Assembly (NCBI GenBank): GCA_951406725.2
Contig: OX597826.1
Span: 40,362,001-40,426,000 of the forward strand
Source: Octopus vulgaris
Lineage: Eukaryota
DNA length: 64,000 bases
Direction: 5' to 3'
Numbering within the stretch: position 1 is the first letter of the stretch; each line of letters opens with the position of its first letter. The translations under genes and the position numbers were made by a program. The notes below the pieces were generated by a model, which searched no databases, was not told where the DNA came from, and saw only the letters and a program-made list of their open reading frames with translations. Shown here one piece after another: positions 14,685-27,874 of this stretch.

Positions 14685-15582
14685 AGTGTGTGCACACATA
14701 TATATTGGCCGGTAGACTGATAGCATAAGTATATAGCAGAGAACAATATAAAACAAATCTATTCATCTTTTCTTACAAAATGCAAATTATGTCTGCTATC
14801 GGAAGCGTTCTTCAGAGTATATATGTGTATCTACTTAGGAATGTACGTGTATGTATAAATGCGGATACATACATACTTTGTAAATGTGTGTGCGTGTGTG
14901 TACATATACATATTACGTATGTATGTATATATGTATGCATTAGTGTACAATTAAATTTTCATTGTTCATTTGTTGCACATAACTTTTACATCGATTAGTA
15001 GCTTTAGAGAAATAATGTGCAGTATGAGAATATTACAATGAACTGATTTAGAGTTTATAGAGAAATAAATAAAATAATTATATGACAACGGCATAAAATT
15101 GTGTAATAACAGAATGATCTGCGGTATATAATCAGATTGAGCAATTTTAGAATATAATTTTCATATCTGAATAAATTTTAGAATTAGCATTAAATTCTAG
15201 AACATCAAATTTAAGTACTTAAATGTCGAATAAATGTTTTATTTGAATAATGTAAATATAAAAGGGTGCAAAATAGCCTCTATGTGGTAGTCTATGTGTT
15301 AGAAATACTAGCGAAATCTGTATCAAATCGTACGCTTCTATTTTTTCTTATATATATTAGAGGAACGACATAGCCCTGGATGTTCATTATGAAAAGATGA
15401 CGGTAGCACTGTTCATTCATGGACGTCGAAAGTATAAACAGCGAATAAAGACATTGTTACGTGTCTGTTAGTGTTGCTTTGTACCATATAATCCCAAGCC
15501 GTCACATCTCACTACATGTCTCTTTGGACCACTAAACGTTTTAACAAACTAAATCTTTTTTGACTAAGCATAGGTAGCGAAA

Positions 15583-15985
15583 TATTCTTTTCTACTCTAA
15601 GTACAACGTCTGAAACTCTCGGGGAGGGAGTCAGTCGATTAGATCGGCTCCAGTACGCAAATGGTACTTAATTTAACGACCCAGAAATGATAAAAGGCAA
15701 AGTCGATTTCGGCGGAAGTTGAACTCACAACGTAAAGATAGACGAAATACCTATTTCTTTACTACCCACAAGGGGCAAAACACAGAGAGGACAAACAAGG
15801 ACAGACAAACGGATTAAGTCGATTACATCGACTCCAGTGCGTAACTGGTACTTATTTAATCGACCCCGAAAGGATGAAAGGCAAAGTCGATCTCGGTGGA
15901 ATTTGAACTCGGAACGTAACGGCAGACGAAATACCGCTAAGCATTCTGCCTGGCGTGCTAACATTTCTGACAACTCGCTGCCTTA
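15583..15985 (-). mobile_element. tRNA-derived SINE family 2, dimeric copy
   Basis: Two tandem units, each with GAGTTCAAA (B box) and the GCCTTTCATCCTTTCGGGGTCGAT...AAGTACCA core (Deu/Nin-domain-like, from memory). The two 3' tails differ. Confidence 0.85.
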
Positions 15986-16545
15986 ACAAGTAGTGAAATA
16001 TTAAACAGCTTAAATCATTGGTGTTGTCGAGGTGCAAGTTACGTGCAAAACAAAGATGTCCTACAATACTAAATCTGAAATCACGCTCTACATATCTTAA
16101 AAACCTTGTATCTCCTCAGAAAATCATAGTCTCCTGTATTAAAGATGAAAGAAGGGACATGTTGGATAACAGGGTCCTAGATACTAGATGCGTTTCATCA
16201 GCGGAAAATGGTAAATATAATATTCATGACTGAATTTTGATTGCTTTCAGCTTTGTGCAAAATGTTAATTTTATAATCAATACACTAAGGTTGAGTCAAA
16301 TGACTGTATTTCTCAATGACTAAAGCCTTTGTGCGTTCGCTAGAAATAGCAGCCAAATCTTACTCTTTTGTGAAGAAATAGATAGAACTTATTATATAAT
16401 ATAGTCTTTGGTAAACAAACAGATGATATATATTAAGACTGGGACATGTTTAAAGAGAGTTCTCCTGGATCAGGTCTGACTAGGTGCTAAACAGTAATAA
16501 CAACAATTTATAAGATTGTACTGAATAAAAAAGAAATCCTTATTT

Positions 16546-17659
16546 TATTTCATCAAATTTTCCATGTTGGCATTACAAAGAGTAGCTTGCGGGCCGGACA
16601 GAAACATTAATGAGATGAATGATGAAAAAAGATGATATTGATGGGAGATGGCAAAAAACGCCCGCCGATTTTTTGCTTCCCTAAAACATTATTCTCTTCT
16701 TTTTTTTCACAGAAAAAGACAAAACGCGGTAATGAACCTCTTACTTCAGATTTACAATTATGGACTAATAGTCCATTTAAAATTTGGGGCGTTAAACCTC
16801 TTAAACACAATAACATGCAATAAACAATAAGCATTATACAATAAACATTATAACACTGATGCTTTTCAACCTCTTGTCACTATTCCTCCCCAATATCGCT
16901 TTTGCCCGTCTACTCCGTCATCACCCACGCCTCATTCAAGACCAAGGCGGGATCTGAGCCGGCGTCGCCCGGCCACAAGCGATATTCCTGATTGAGTCCC
17001 TGCAGCCTATACGACCTGGACAACGTTATGACCTCCACAGCTATCTGCGGAGGCCATTCGGAATCCTGTGTGAAGGTTAAAGGTACACCCATATGGTGCT
17101 TTTCCACCACCTCTTCTACCTCTCCGTCTCTGTAGAAGAAGACCAATATTTCGACTTCTTCCGGATTGGAGGTAGTCAATTCTACCATTGGCGGCGCAAT
17201 TCCCCCCAACGGTGTCTCTTCCCCTGCCGGTGGCACAACCCCTACCGGGAAGGTTCCGGGACATTCCGGTGCTATATCACCGATTGCCGGCAATGTCCCG
17301 TTTCTCTTCCTCTTTTTTCTCTCAACTGAGGGAGGGTGTGTCTCCTCCGTGACCGGGAGATTCGTCTTCCCTCCTTCATCCTTAGGATCCTTCGGTGAGC
17401 ACCCATTGTTGCTCACCTTCTTCCTCTTGCGGCCCATATTTGAGGAGTCCTCCGTCTCTTCGTCCGCCTTCGTTCCTTCTTCTACAGAGGTCTCAATCGA
17501 CTGCTCCAGGACTTTGCTTTGTTCCTGAGGGCACTTTTTCTTTATATGGCCAGGCTCCAGGCACCGATGACACCTGGGGGGGGGCGAACCTCAAGTATCA
17601 CCGGATACCTGCACCCGGCCATTTAAAAAAAGATTCATGGCTGATTGGGTCCACAGGGT
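16546..17659 (-). mobile_element. 5'-truncated non-LTR retro-insertion carrying only an ORF1/Gag-like C-terminus and 3' UTR (HAL1-like)
   Basis: 17-bp TSD AAAAGAAATCCTTATTT at 16529-16545 and 17660-17676. GC-rich interior with a CCHC knuckle. No ORF2 between the stop at 16910 and the 3' end. Confidence 0.7.
16910..17584 (-). pseudogene. ORF1/Gag-like nucleic-acid-binding protein fragment with CCHC zinc knuckle
   Basis: In-frame extension upstream of the 175-aa ORF reads PPRCHRCLEPGHIKKKCPQEQSK...SSNMGRKRKK (C-x2-C-x4-H-x4-C). The frame breaks in the 9-G run at 17576-17584. Confidence 0.7.
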
Positions 17660-18529
17660 AAAAGAAATCCTTATTTATTTAACCCGGTTCTACTTTCGTT
17701 CCAATCAGTCGCAAGATCACCGGCTGCATTATTTTCAATAATCGATTAATTTTATGCTTTCTTCACAAGCTACCTGAAATTTTGTGAGATATTTCTGCGC
17801 AATTTTATGGTTGACAGTTCTCTGTGTAAGTTGAATGTGACTTCTTCATTTGGGAAAATAGCCGTAATAATTCTAGAATCGAAGACACATCGGGTGGAAA
17901 ATATTATGTTGGCAAAGCTATAATTAATGTTTATATAATCGATTAAAACTCGTTCTTCCTATCGACATTAGCTTCATCGTCATTATTGCCGTTGTCGGTC
18001 TCATCGGGTGGTTTAGCATTTGCACGCTTGTTTTACTACATAAATGCTTTCTTACACAGAAACATGATTTGTTACAAATTTTAAGGGGAAAATATATTAC
18101 AGTAGAACTAAATCGATCTGAAACAAGTGATTGGTAATTATTTTATCAATACTGTGTGTTAGGTGAATGGTAATGTCAAAGCTAATGGGATTTCTATACA
18201 GAAGGAAAAGAATTATCTGAAATCATTTTGTAGATCTATAGAATATGATCTGCTGAGTCAATTATTTCCAGTTTTGGTCTACCTTGTCAATATCTAGAGC
18301 TATTCAATGTTACCTCATTATTTAATCCCTACTGGCTATGAATTATTTTGCTTACAAGCAGAAAAACCGTCCTCCATGTGCTTTTATGTTTCTCGTTAAA
18401 TGGTGTTTAAAATTTGCGTAGATTTTCTGATTTGTAAAGTCTAATTTCTCTATATTTCTTTTATTCGTCTAATTGTATTCGTTCGCTCACAAACGAATTT
18501 AGGGCATAACTACAAAAGTGTATCCACCA

Positions 18530-19020
18530 CCGATTTATTTCATTTCAACTTACTGAAAAATGGATATTTTTTAATGAAATTTTCTACAAATACGTTCCAA
18601 ATTTTCTACAAATACGTTCCAAATTTTCTACAAATACGTTCAGAATTTCTTGTGAGGATCTATTTTGGAGTGTTAGAAAGATTCGAACAATTCGCACACC
18701 TCGACTTTGTTTCTTCGTAAATTTCCTCATACGTTTCTGATGATGAAGATTACAGTTATGTTGAGAAAAATCACTTCTCAAATCCACGTGTTCCCAGCTA
18801 TTTCTAGCATGTTAGGCGACCACGGACAGGATAGTCTACCTTAGATTTTATTTAAAAGAGAGAGTTTAAGACCACGAAAAAATAATGAAATGAATATACA
18901 TGGTGTGTAGTAAGAAGCTTGTTTCCCAACCACATAATCCCACTGTGTGACAGCTTGAGCAAGTGTCTTCTACTATAGCCTCGGGTCGATTTGGCAGACA
19001 GAAACTGAAAGACACTTATC

Positions 19021-19062
<42 letters not shown>

Positions 19063-19193
19063 TTAGAGACAAAACCACTAATATTAATATTTTAATATTT
19101 TACTATAATATTATATAATATTTTACTATAAAATTGGATTTAATCCTAAATCTGATTATTTTCCCTGTAAATTTGGATTTATTCCCTAATATT

Positions 19194-19225
<32 letters not shown>

Positions 19226-19810
19226 CTGTGTGTGTATGTGTGTGTGTGTATGTGTGTGTGTGTGTGTGTGTATTTACATGTGTCTTTGTATTTATGTTTG
19301 TCACCCCACCATCGCTTGACAACCAGTGTGGTGTGTATACGCCCCCGTAACTTAGTACTTCGGCAAAAGAGAACGATAGAATAAGTACTAGGCTTACAAA
19401 CAATCAGTTCTGGAGTCGATTTGTTCGACTAAAACCTTTCAAGGTCCCAGCATGACCACAGTCAAATAACTGAAACAAGTAAAAGAATAAAAGAATATAG
19501 CTAATAATTAGTGTTAATATTGCACTCACTTTTCTACAAAGATATCTTTCAGCAAATTTTCGGGCAAGAGTGGAATAGTCCTCAGTTATTTCTTTACTTT
19601 ATTGTAATCTGCATCGTTACAACGTATGAAGAAATGAAGTCGAGATGCGTGAAATATCAACTCTCCCAATTTTTTTCTACATTACATTCCGTTCTAATCG
19701 CAATCTACACGATCTGAAGAGCATTTATGGAAATTTTCATTAAAACATATCCACTTTTAACAAAGTTATGAGAAAACAATGCTTCATTCTTTTCTCATAA
19801 GATACTTCTG
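18530..19810. mobile_element. Old TIR DNA-transposon remnant with nested SINE
   Basis: Imperfect inverted repeats AACTTACTGAAAAATGGATATTTTTTAATGAAATTTTC (~18548) and GAAATTTTCATTAAAACATATCCACTTTTAACAAAGTT (~19730). Three tandem copies of a 22-bp unit at 18578-18642. Confidence 0.4.
18900..19497 (+). mobile_element. SINE family 1 with a secondary insertion in its internal (TA)n
   Basis: Head GTAAGAAGCTTGTTTCCCAACCAC, body and tail as at 54511. 19051-19200 matches the element at 42550-42805. Confidence 0.8.
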
Positions 19811-19999
19811 TAGTTTTGTGGGACAACAACAATATCTCACTTTGAATAAAAATTAGTTTTATGATAGAATTTGTAATATTGAAATCTGCAAAAGTAAAAG
19901 ACACATTAAAAATCACATTCTGATAAAAACATTAAAACTGGAAGTTTTCAGAATGTTCCAGATAAGGTACACTTTAACTGCTTTCTTTTAATAAAATTT

Positions 20000-20335
20000 A
20001 CGAGTGTCGACTGAAAAGTTCATAGGCAGACATATTCTCGATGTTCCAGTGCTTGGATCCCACTGGGGAAAAAAAGCTTTCATCCTGTTGGTCAAAAAAA
20101 GTCATCAGCAGTAGATATAACATCATCATCAGTGCAGCACTGATTCCCAGCCAAGTCTTTCTTTGACGATCGAGAGCAGATGATAGCTTGAAGGGGACAA
20201 GTCAGGAGAGTAAAAGTACTTCAACCATTTAAATAACAGTTCCCATTCGCCCCCTTTTCTATGTTTGTGGGCGTTATTTTCTATCGTGTGCTGGTTGGTT
20301 CGGATCTGGTGTTCGACAGGTGTGTGACCTTTCAA
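20000..20335 (-). mobile_element. Mariner remnant (TIR plus transposase C-terminal fragment)
   Basis: TA|CGAGTGTCGACTGAAAAGTTC TIR-like end. ORF contains WELL...YSPDLSPSSYHLL, a variant of the mariner YSPDLAPxD motif. Confidence 0.7.
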
Positions 20336-21536
20336 TAATGTACCAAACTCAGGTACACAGGGAGACAGACAATGAGAGGCAGAGAGAGACAGAGTGACAG
20401 AGAGAATGACAGAGAGATAGACAGAGAGAGACAGAGTAAGACAGAGGACATAGAGGTGATAGGGGGAGATAGACAGAGAGAAAGAGAGACAGTGAGAAAG
20501 AGAGGAGCGGACAGAGACATGGACAATTTCAAAACTACTCTAATTTGAAATATGACAAATAATCCATTGATAATCAATTATATTCATTAAATAATACACA
20601 GATAAACTTGATAAATGACAGTCTAAATTATTATTTGTCTGGATATGCAGACATATGAGCAATTACGCTTTAGTTGTGACTATCTGGGCCTTCTTCTACA
20701 AAATTATATAACGTATCATTGGAGGGTTTGTGAACTTCACAGATATAGATTGTTGTTGTTGTTGTTGTTGCTGCTACTGCTGTTGTTTTTGTTGTTGTCA
20801 TTCAAGCTGTTGTTGCTGTTCTTGCCGACGTAGTTGTTCTTACTGTTGTTGTTTACCTCAGGGTGGCATTAGACATGCAAATCAATAATCACAGATGTTA
20901 TATCCGTGACTTTACCATCTGTTTTTCGTTCAGACTAATTTTTCATCAAATGTAGCATGTATACTTTTTTAAACACCAGCAGGATGTAATTTGAGGTAGA
21001 TCTGACGTTGTATCCTGTAGAATGGTCTGGCAAGTAGAGGCCACACCTCATTGTGCGGAATGATTACACAGAAAGAACATCTAAGTTGTTTTTCTTTCCC
21101 GAATACAAAAGACAAAATTACCAGAAGAAATTGCCATTCCTTCATATACAAACAGAAAAACGTACGCACATATACACACGCAAGCACATCGCATACATAG
21201 ACACACTAGCAGTCTAACTCACTAACACATACACACCTATACACACACACACAAGCACATACACATATACACACACATGCAAAGAGAAACACTCGCACCC
21301 ACAAATGCACCAAACACACACATGCTCATAATCACACGCACAAACGAACACCTAAAGAGCGTGCGCGCGCACACACACACACACACGCATACACACACAC
21401 ACACACACAAACATACACAGAGGAAACATACATGCACGAGAACAGGCGCACACATACACGCACCTATACATACTTATACTCACACAAACACCTCCAGACA
21501 AACACCTACACATACATACACGCACGTGCACACACA

Positions 21537-21572
<36 letters not shown>

Positions 21573-22104
21573 AACACGCACATACACACACAAACACACA
21601 CATACACCTCGGCTTTATTGAATTACAGTTTGGAAACAACCATAATTCTTTTATGCTACCATGACATGCCGACTTCAAATGTTTTTCTGTGACGTCGTTG
21701 ATGACATCATCATAAAAACTATTACTACGAAGCCCACCGTGACTACCACTACTACTGCTACCACCATCGCTATCACCACCAACACCATTATTACCATAGC
21801 GACTTCTACCGACATTACTAACCTAACTGATCCTCACTACTATCATTATCAACGACACTACCACCATCACAACCAATACCACTACCTTCACCGCAATGAC
21901 CTTTGTAAGTACCACTAATGCCACAACAATCACCATTATCACTACCTCCACCACCATCATGATCTTCACCATCATCATCGTAAGTATCTTCATCGCTACA
22001 AACAACACCATCACTACCAACATCCATTTCACTAATGCAACTGCGACCACTGCCACTACCACGATTCCCATCAAAACCGAGGTTAACTCAACCAGTATCA
22101 ATAC

Positions 22105-22328
22105 ATATTTCTTTACTACCCTCAAGGGGCTAAACACAAAGAGGACAAACAAGGAAGGACAGACAAACGGATTAAGTCGATTATATCGACTCCAGTGCGT
22201 AACTGGTACTTATTTAATAGACCCCGAAAGGACGACCTCGGCGGAATTTGAACTCAGAACGTAACGGCAGACGAAATACCGCTCAGCATTTCGCCCAGCG
22301 TGCTAACGTTTCTGCCAGCTCACCACCG
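22105..22328 (-). mobile_element. SINE family 2
   Basis: Matches the copies at 40553 and 15750-15985, with a small internal deletion. Inserted in an (ACC/ACT)n low-complexity tract. Confidence 0.85.
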
Positions 22329-22609
22329 TCAATATCATGGTCACCATCAATGCCAGCATCAATACCATGGTCACCATCACCCCCGTCCTACACCATCGCC
22401 TCTACTGCTATCACCACCACAACTACTACCAAGATTTCTGCTGCTAATACCAAAACTACCAAAAAACAATGTGACCAACATCGACACTACCACCAGTACC
22501 TCAACCGCCTATACCATCATCCCTACTACCACTATTAACACCGGCAACACCACCACTACTATCACCAACACCAATACTACATTACAGTAGTACAATATGA
22601 AATGGTGTC

Positions 22610-22741
22610 TTGATGTTGTGCTGTTGAAGGAAGCCTGTTATCCTGGCTGTATGGTCACGGGCGTTGTTGAGTTTGAACAAGTGATTCCGATGACCGGCAA
22701 TGTATGACACAATGTGAAGTCTCAACGCTTGGTAGTATTAT
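22610..22741 (-). pseudogene. Isolated Tc1-type transposase fragment between 35-bp direct repeats
   Basis: Translation LRLHIVSYIAGHRNHLFKLNNARDHTARITGFLQQHNIK resembles the Tc1 FQQDNARPHTAR region. Direct repeats at 22575-22609 and 22742-22776. Confidence 0.6.
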
Positions 22742-23252
22742 TACTACACTACAGTACTACAATATGAAATGGTGTCCACAATTGTCATTGAAATCTCTTT
22801 AAAACTGAAGAAAAGAAACCCCACAAAATTTAACTAGTTTTTAACATTCCACGGTATATTTACTTAATCATTCGGTCTTCTATTAACTAACCATAACTGA
22901 GACGTAGAAATTCAAATTTGTTAACTAATTATATATAGCTTATGATTTAAAATAATCGCTCCCTAACCCCCAATAGTTTTAAAACTCTAAAATATTAATA
23001 TATCATATACCATGGCTATTATATCTTATCTGTCATATCTTAAATGTTTTATTATTTGAAATATTCTGTAAAAATATTCTGTGAAACAATATTAATTCGA
23101 TGGATAAAAATATACATAAAGGATGATTTATCTTTGGTATATATTTGTACGTATGTATATATATGTACATGTTGCTTACATTTGTTGCCATTACGCATGG
23201 ATTAGTGTGTATAAAGAAGAACAATATCCTAACAGCCATGGTCTAACTGTAT

Positions 23253-23305
<53 letters not shown>

Positions 23306-23462
23306 TGTATGGATTGTGGATTTAAAATTTATAATATTAAATCTACCGTAAAAAATTGTTTATATTGTATCGTAATATATGATATATTGGAATCTACTAT
23401 ATATGTATTGTGAAGTGAATATTACTCTAAATCTAATAATATTATATTGTTATAATTGATAA

Positions 23463-23559
<97 letters not shown>

Positions 23560-23831
23560 AAGAAGAAGAAGAAGAAGAAATATTGATATATATTATGTAT
23601 ATGTTCCAGTATATATATATATGTATATGACGAATGGTCTATTTGCTTGGACCTAATGATTAATTGTGCTTATTTATGTATTTATACACATGTAAAAGTG
23701 TATATACTTTGCTTATGTATGTATATATGTATATGTATACGTCTATATGGATATTTGGTCATATTTATATATATTAAATTGTACCTGTATCCTGCTTCAT
23801 GTATTAATATTTTTAAAGTTTTTTTTTATAA

Positions 23832-23957
23832 TCTCTGACGAGGCCTATGATTATGTATAAGTACCCAATTTTTAAATGCCAACAACCTCAATATAATTGA
23901 CAACTATAGGCACTGGAAAAAAACTTGTTTTATCCATAGGCTGAAACAGCTGTAAGG
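23832..23957 (+). ncRNA. Type I hammerhead ribozyme motif (canonical core, large helix II loop)
   Basis: CTGACGA (23835-41), stem II GGCCTATG/CATAGGCT, GAAAC-AGCT-GTA with palindromic helix III and a GUA site. Stem I is only ~3 bp. Confidence 0.7.
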
Positions 23958-24147
23958 AGTGATTTTAATGATTTCAATAATTTATATTACGAATTTTTAT
24001 AATTGTAGTCTTATCTTATATGTATTGAATTATAATGTATAATTAAGGTCCTCGTTTTTGTTAAATGAATAAATACGTCAGCATTCTAATATCCGAAAGC
24101 TGATGAACCAACTAAATTGTTTCTCCATTTTCTTATTTGTATTATAA

Positions 24148-24214
<67 letters not shown>

Positions 24215-24372
24215 AATTAAGGACTGAACACGAAAAAGTGGACAGTCAACATGCTAGATATAGACGTCAAATCGCCATTCTCCACAAAGAGTATGTTCTC
24301 AAATAAAATAAAATTCAGCATGACCTAAAGCAATAGATAAGACAAAAGAAATATACGAAATGGAATAATCAC

Positions 24373-24434
24373 CTGCGTACCGAACGGTTTCAGCTATTAA
24401 TATCACAAGGATATCTGTAGCTTCGTCAGCGCAG
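24373..24434 (-). ncRNA. Type I hammerhead ribozyme motif (canonical, all three helices intact)
   Basis: Minus strand CTGCG-CTGACGA-AGCTA...TAGCT-GAAACCG-TT-CGGTA-CGCAG. Confidence 0.85.
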
Positions 24435-24570
24435 TTTGTTATGAGCATAATATGCTGTACTAGATAAAAACGATACCGGAGTCCCGTATGCAAAAAGTAC
24501 AACCTATTAATCTTCGGATTCTTTTAATGTGCTAGACCACTGGTTTAAATTGACTAATATCAATTTTTAC

Positions 24571-24650
<80 letters not shown>

Positions 24651-24652
<2 letters not shown>

Positions 24653-26570
24653 TTGTGCGATTAATATGAAAAAACGTCTGTACAATCACATTTCCTCTTT
24701 TATATTTAAACATAAGGCGAATTGTACGTCATTATCTAGTAAGATTTGGGAAGTGAAGGAAAGCAGATTTGGGTTTAGCCTTAAATGGGAAATAATAAGA
24801 AAAGCGCAGCCTTATAGAAATAGTAGATATGGGTGTAAACTGTTCTGTATGGAAACATGAAATGTTTAAGCATAAAGATAAGTGCAACCTGATTAACAAT
24901 AGATTTGACCTTAGGGTATCATGCGTACATAGTATCATCCGTACTTTTAAATATTTTCGAAAGTAGCACTTTATTGGTATTGTGCTTAAACTGAATTTGA
25001 TAGAAACTTACTTCTAATATTTTTAGTTTGGAAATTAATGTACATTGCATATATTATATGATAAAAGCTATATAATAAAGTTAGTTAGTGTGCTATACAG
25101 AGTTAGTATACTATCCATATGAATTATTCCTGCCTAATTGGTCAGATTTCATCAGGGTTTTAGTAATTAATCTATTTATCCCTTTCCTATAGTGTTCCCC
25201 ACTCCTGATCTTAGTATTTATAGGGGCCTTTATGTAAATAGCCCTGTTAATTAAGTATCCCTAAGAAACTATATCGTGTATGGATTAACACTAAAAGCAT
25301 TGAAAGCCTATATTATATACCTCTTAATTTATAATTAATATATAGTTAGCATGTCCTATAACTTCAATATTCTTTTAGTTAATACCAGGTATCAGTCTTT
25401 ATAGATACAAACTAAATGAATAAATCATTTTTAGTTTAAATACTTGCATTATACATTTTCTATTAATCTTCTCCATTTATGTTAATAAGATATATATACT
25501 TCATCATGGTTTTAGTGATTAAACTAATTTATTCATTTTCTATTGTGTTCTACTTTACCTGATCATTTTATTGCTTTATAATAGCCTTTATGAAATAAAC
25601 TTAATTTTTGTGCCCCCAGAAATTCATATTTAGCTTATATATAGCAGTACCAGTATCTTAACTTATAATAAACTGCTTAATATGTTTTTTTAATTAATAT
25701 ATAGTTAACATGTTCTTTCGCTTCAGTACTCCTTTATTAAATACCAGTAAATACCAATGATCAATCTTCATAGATACCACCAAATAAGTTAATATTTAAG
25801 TATATAATATGAATAAATATTAAACTATTTCTATGTACTTTCTTTCCTCCCTCTATCGTGGTAAAAGTTGGTATATATTCAAAAATATGCACAAATTTTA
25901 TCCTTTTGGTTATAATATTCTTTTTATTAATCTTGATAACCCTAAATTTTATACAATATAGCTTTATACAATATAGCAATATTGTTTAAATCATTCAGCT
26001 ATAGTACCCCATGATAAAATTTTCCCTGTATTATCATCATTGCTTTTACTAGAGTCTTGCTCCTTTAACTTGACAACTATCATCTTGATTTGAAAACTTC
26101 TTTTACCAAATCTTATTATATTGCTTCAATTTAATCTTGATAGTTTTATGACTATACCCATTATGATTTCTTTCGACTCCATAAGCCCTTTTCCTAACAG
26201 ACACCGCTCCTTGTTCCTTGGCCTTAGATTTTGATATACAAAGATTTAATAAACAAGACTATAAATTAAAACTGACTCCAAAAACAGTGACAAGCTAAAT
26301 CTTAAACAAGTTTTTTTCCTGATATCTTAGTAGCTTCTAAGCTGAAGTGAAGACAGCATGATCTTTGTCTATCTCCTTACCTTCTAGGAGGTTTTAGGTA
26401 AACTTATACTAATGTGTCCATCTGATTTAATTTAATTTAATTCTATGTATTTATGCAGCTGAGGATTGCTTGCATTTAAATTGATGTAATGATTGCTTTG
26501 TTCAATTAAATGGAGTCGCTTGAAACGATCGTACTGCATTACCTGTGGATATCATGTTGCTTATTTTGAT
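24651..26570 (+). mobile_element. 5'-truncated Penelope-like element (GIY-YIG C-terminus, long AT-rich 3' region, terminal hammerhead)
   Basis: MKKRLYNHISSF...TSLSSKIWEVKE...LKWEIIRKAQPY...CKL.C.E...LINNR...SCVH is the Naiad-type GIY-YIG C-terminus. It begins right after (TA)n. The 3' part is repeated at 10230-10770. Continuity of the middle is inferred. Confidence 0.7.
26453..26539 (+). ncRNA. Type I hammerhead ribozyme motif
   Basis: ATGCAG-CTGAGGA...GAAAC-GATC-GTA-CTGCAT, with a 6-bp stem I and palindromic helix III. Helix II is weak in this copy. Confidence 0.7.
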
Positions 26571-27874
26571 ATATATATTTATATATTTTTCTCTCTAGTT
26601 TCAGCTCAGAGCTGCAGCCATGCTGATGCACCGCATATATCCGTATGCATGTGAGTCAATGTATATGTAAGTATGAGTGCGTACGTATGCATGTATGTAT
26701 GTATGCATGTATGTATGTATGTATGTATGTATGTACGTACGTATGTATGTATCAGTGATTTTTTTTTAAGTGGTATTGCTTGGACGCGAAGGAACATGAA
26801 AGAATGAGTGTAGTATATATGAGTATGTGTGTTGGCTTAAGGTGTGAATGTGCATATGTGTTATTATGAGATATAAATTTGACTGTATCTGGATAAGTGT
26901 TGTTTGTGTTTGGTTGGGTGGGAGTGTGTTTAAGTATGTGTGAAAACATTAATGAATGTGCATGAAAATAAAAGAGAGAAAAAGCTTAAGATTGTGCCTA
27001 TCTGTTTTTGATAATGTGTGTCTGTATATTTATGTGAATCGGTCAGATGGCTTATGTATATGACTATATCTGAAATTATATATGTTTATGTATAACATTA
27101 AAGTGTGTTTTATGTACTTATGTGTTAGTCGGGTGTTAATGAGTGTTTATGTGTGCTTATATGTTGTGTGCATATGTGTGGTTATATGTGTGAGTGTTTA
27201 AGTGTTTATGTTATGTGTGCATCAAGGAATATACTTTTGCTTATATTTTATAATGGAATCTTTTATTGTATCAACCAAATAGAAATGGTTTTCTTGTATT
27301 TTAAGGAACTACAAAACCTCAAGAATTCGATTTGAGCCAAACTAAAATCATTTCCTAGGTCACTTAGGCAACAAGAAATAGGTAGGAAGTCGCTCTCAAA
27401 GCATACGCCATGTCCTCTGTCAAATGAAGGACTCAATATAGTACCATATTCTGAAAAAAGATGGAATGATCGCCATGGGCATGTCTTTGATAATAGTCCT
27501 ATTCATTCACGACTGACAGCGTGGTAAACAACAACAACAACAACCATTTTATTGTGTTCATGCAATGAAATTGACATGGTAGTTAACTTTAACAATTGTA
27601 GTTTGAAATACCGATATTGAGAAGCTGTGATGATCGATCTTTTACTTGAGAATGTTATTTTAATAACGTGTGAGCGAAATATTAAACTACAATTTTTATA
27701 GTTGATGTTGTTGACGCCGTCGTCTTTGTTGCTATCTTTGTTAGTGTTGTTGTTGTTATTGCAGATATTGGTTATTCCCAGATCAATTCTGTACAGAAGA
27801 AAGAATATTATGACGATGCCATATTTTATAAAGAGAGACTATCTAGAGACCCATCCAATGTAATCGCTTTCTTA

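Noticed and set aside
18578-18642. CRISPR-like short repeats
   Set aside because: Three head-to-tail 22-bp units with no spacers, in a eukaryotic context with no cas genes.
21660-22590. Thr-rich mucin-like coding region
   Set aside because: Degenerate (ACC/ACT/ATC)n low-complexity tract interrupted by a SINE, with stops and no splice evidence.
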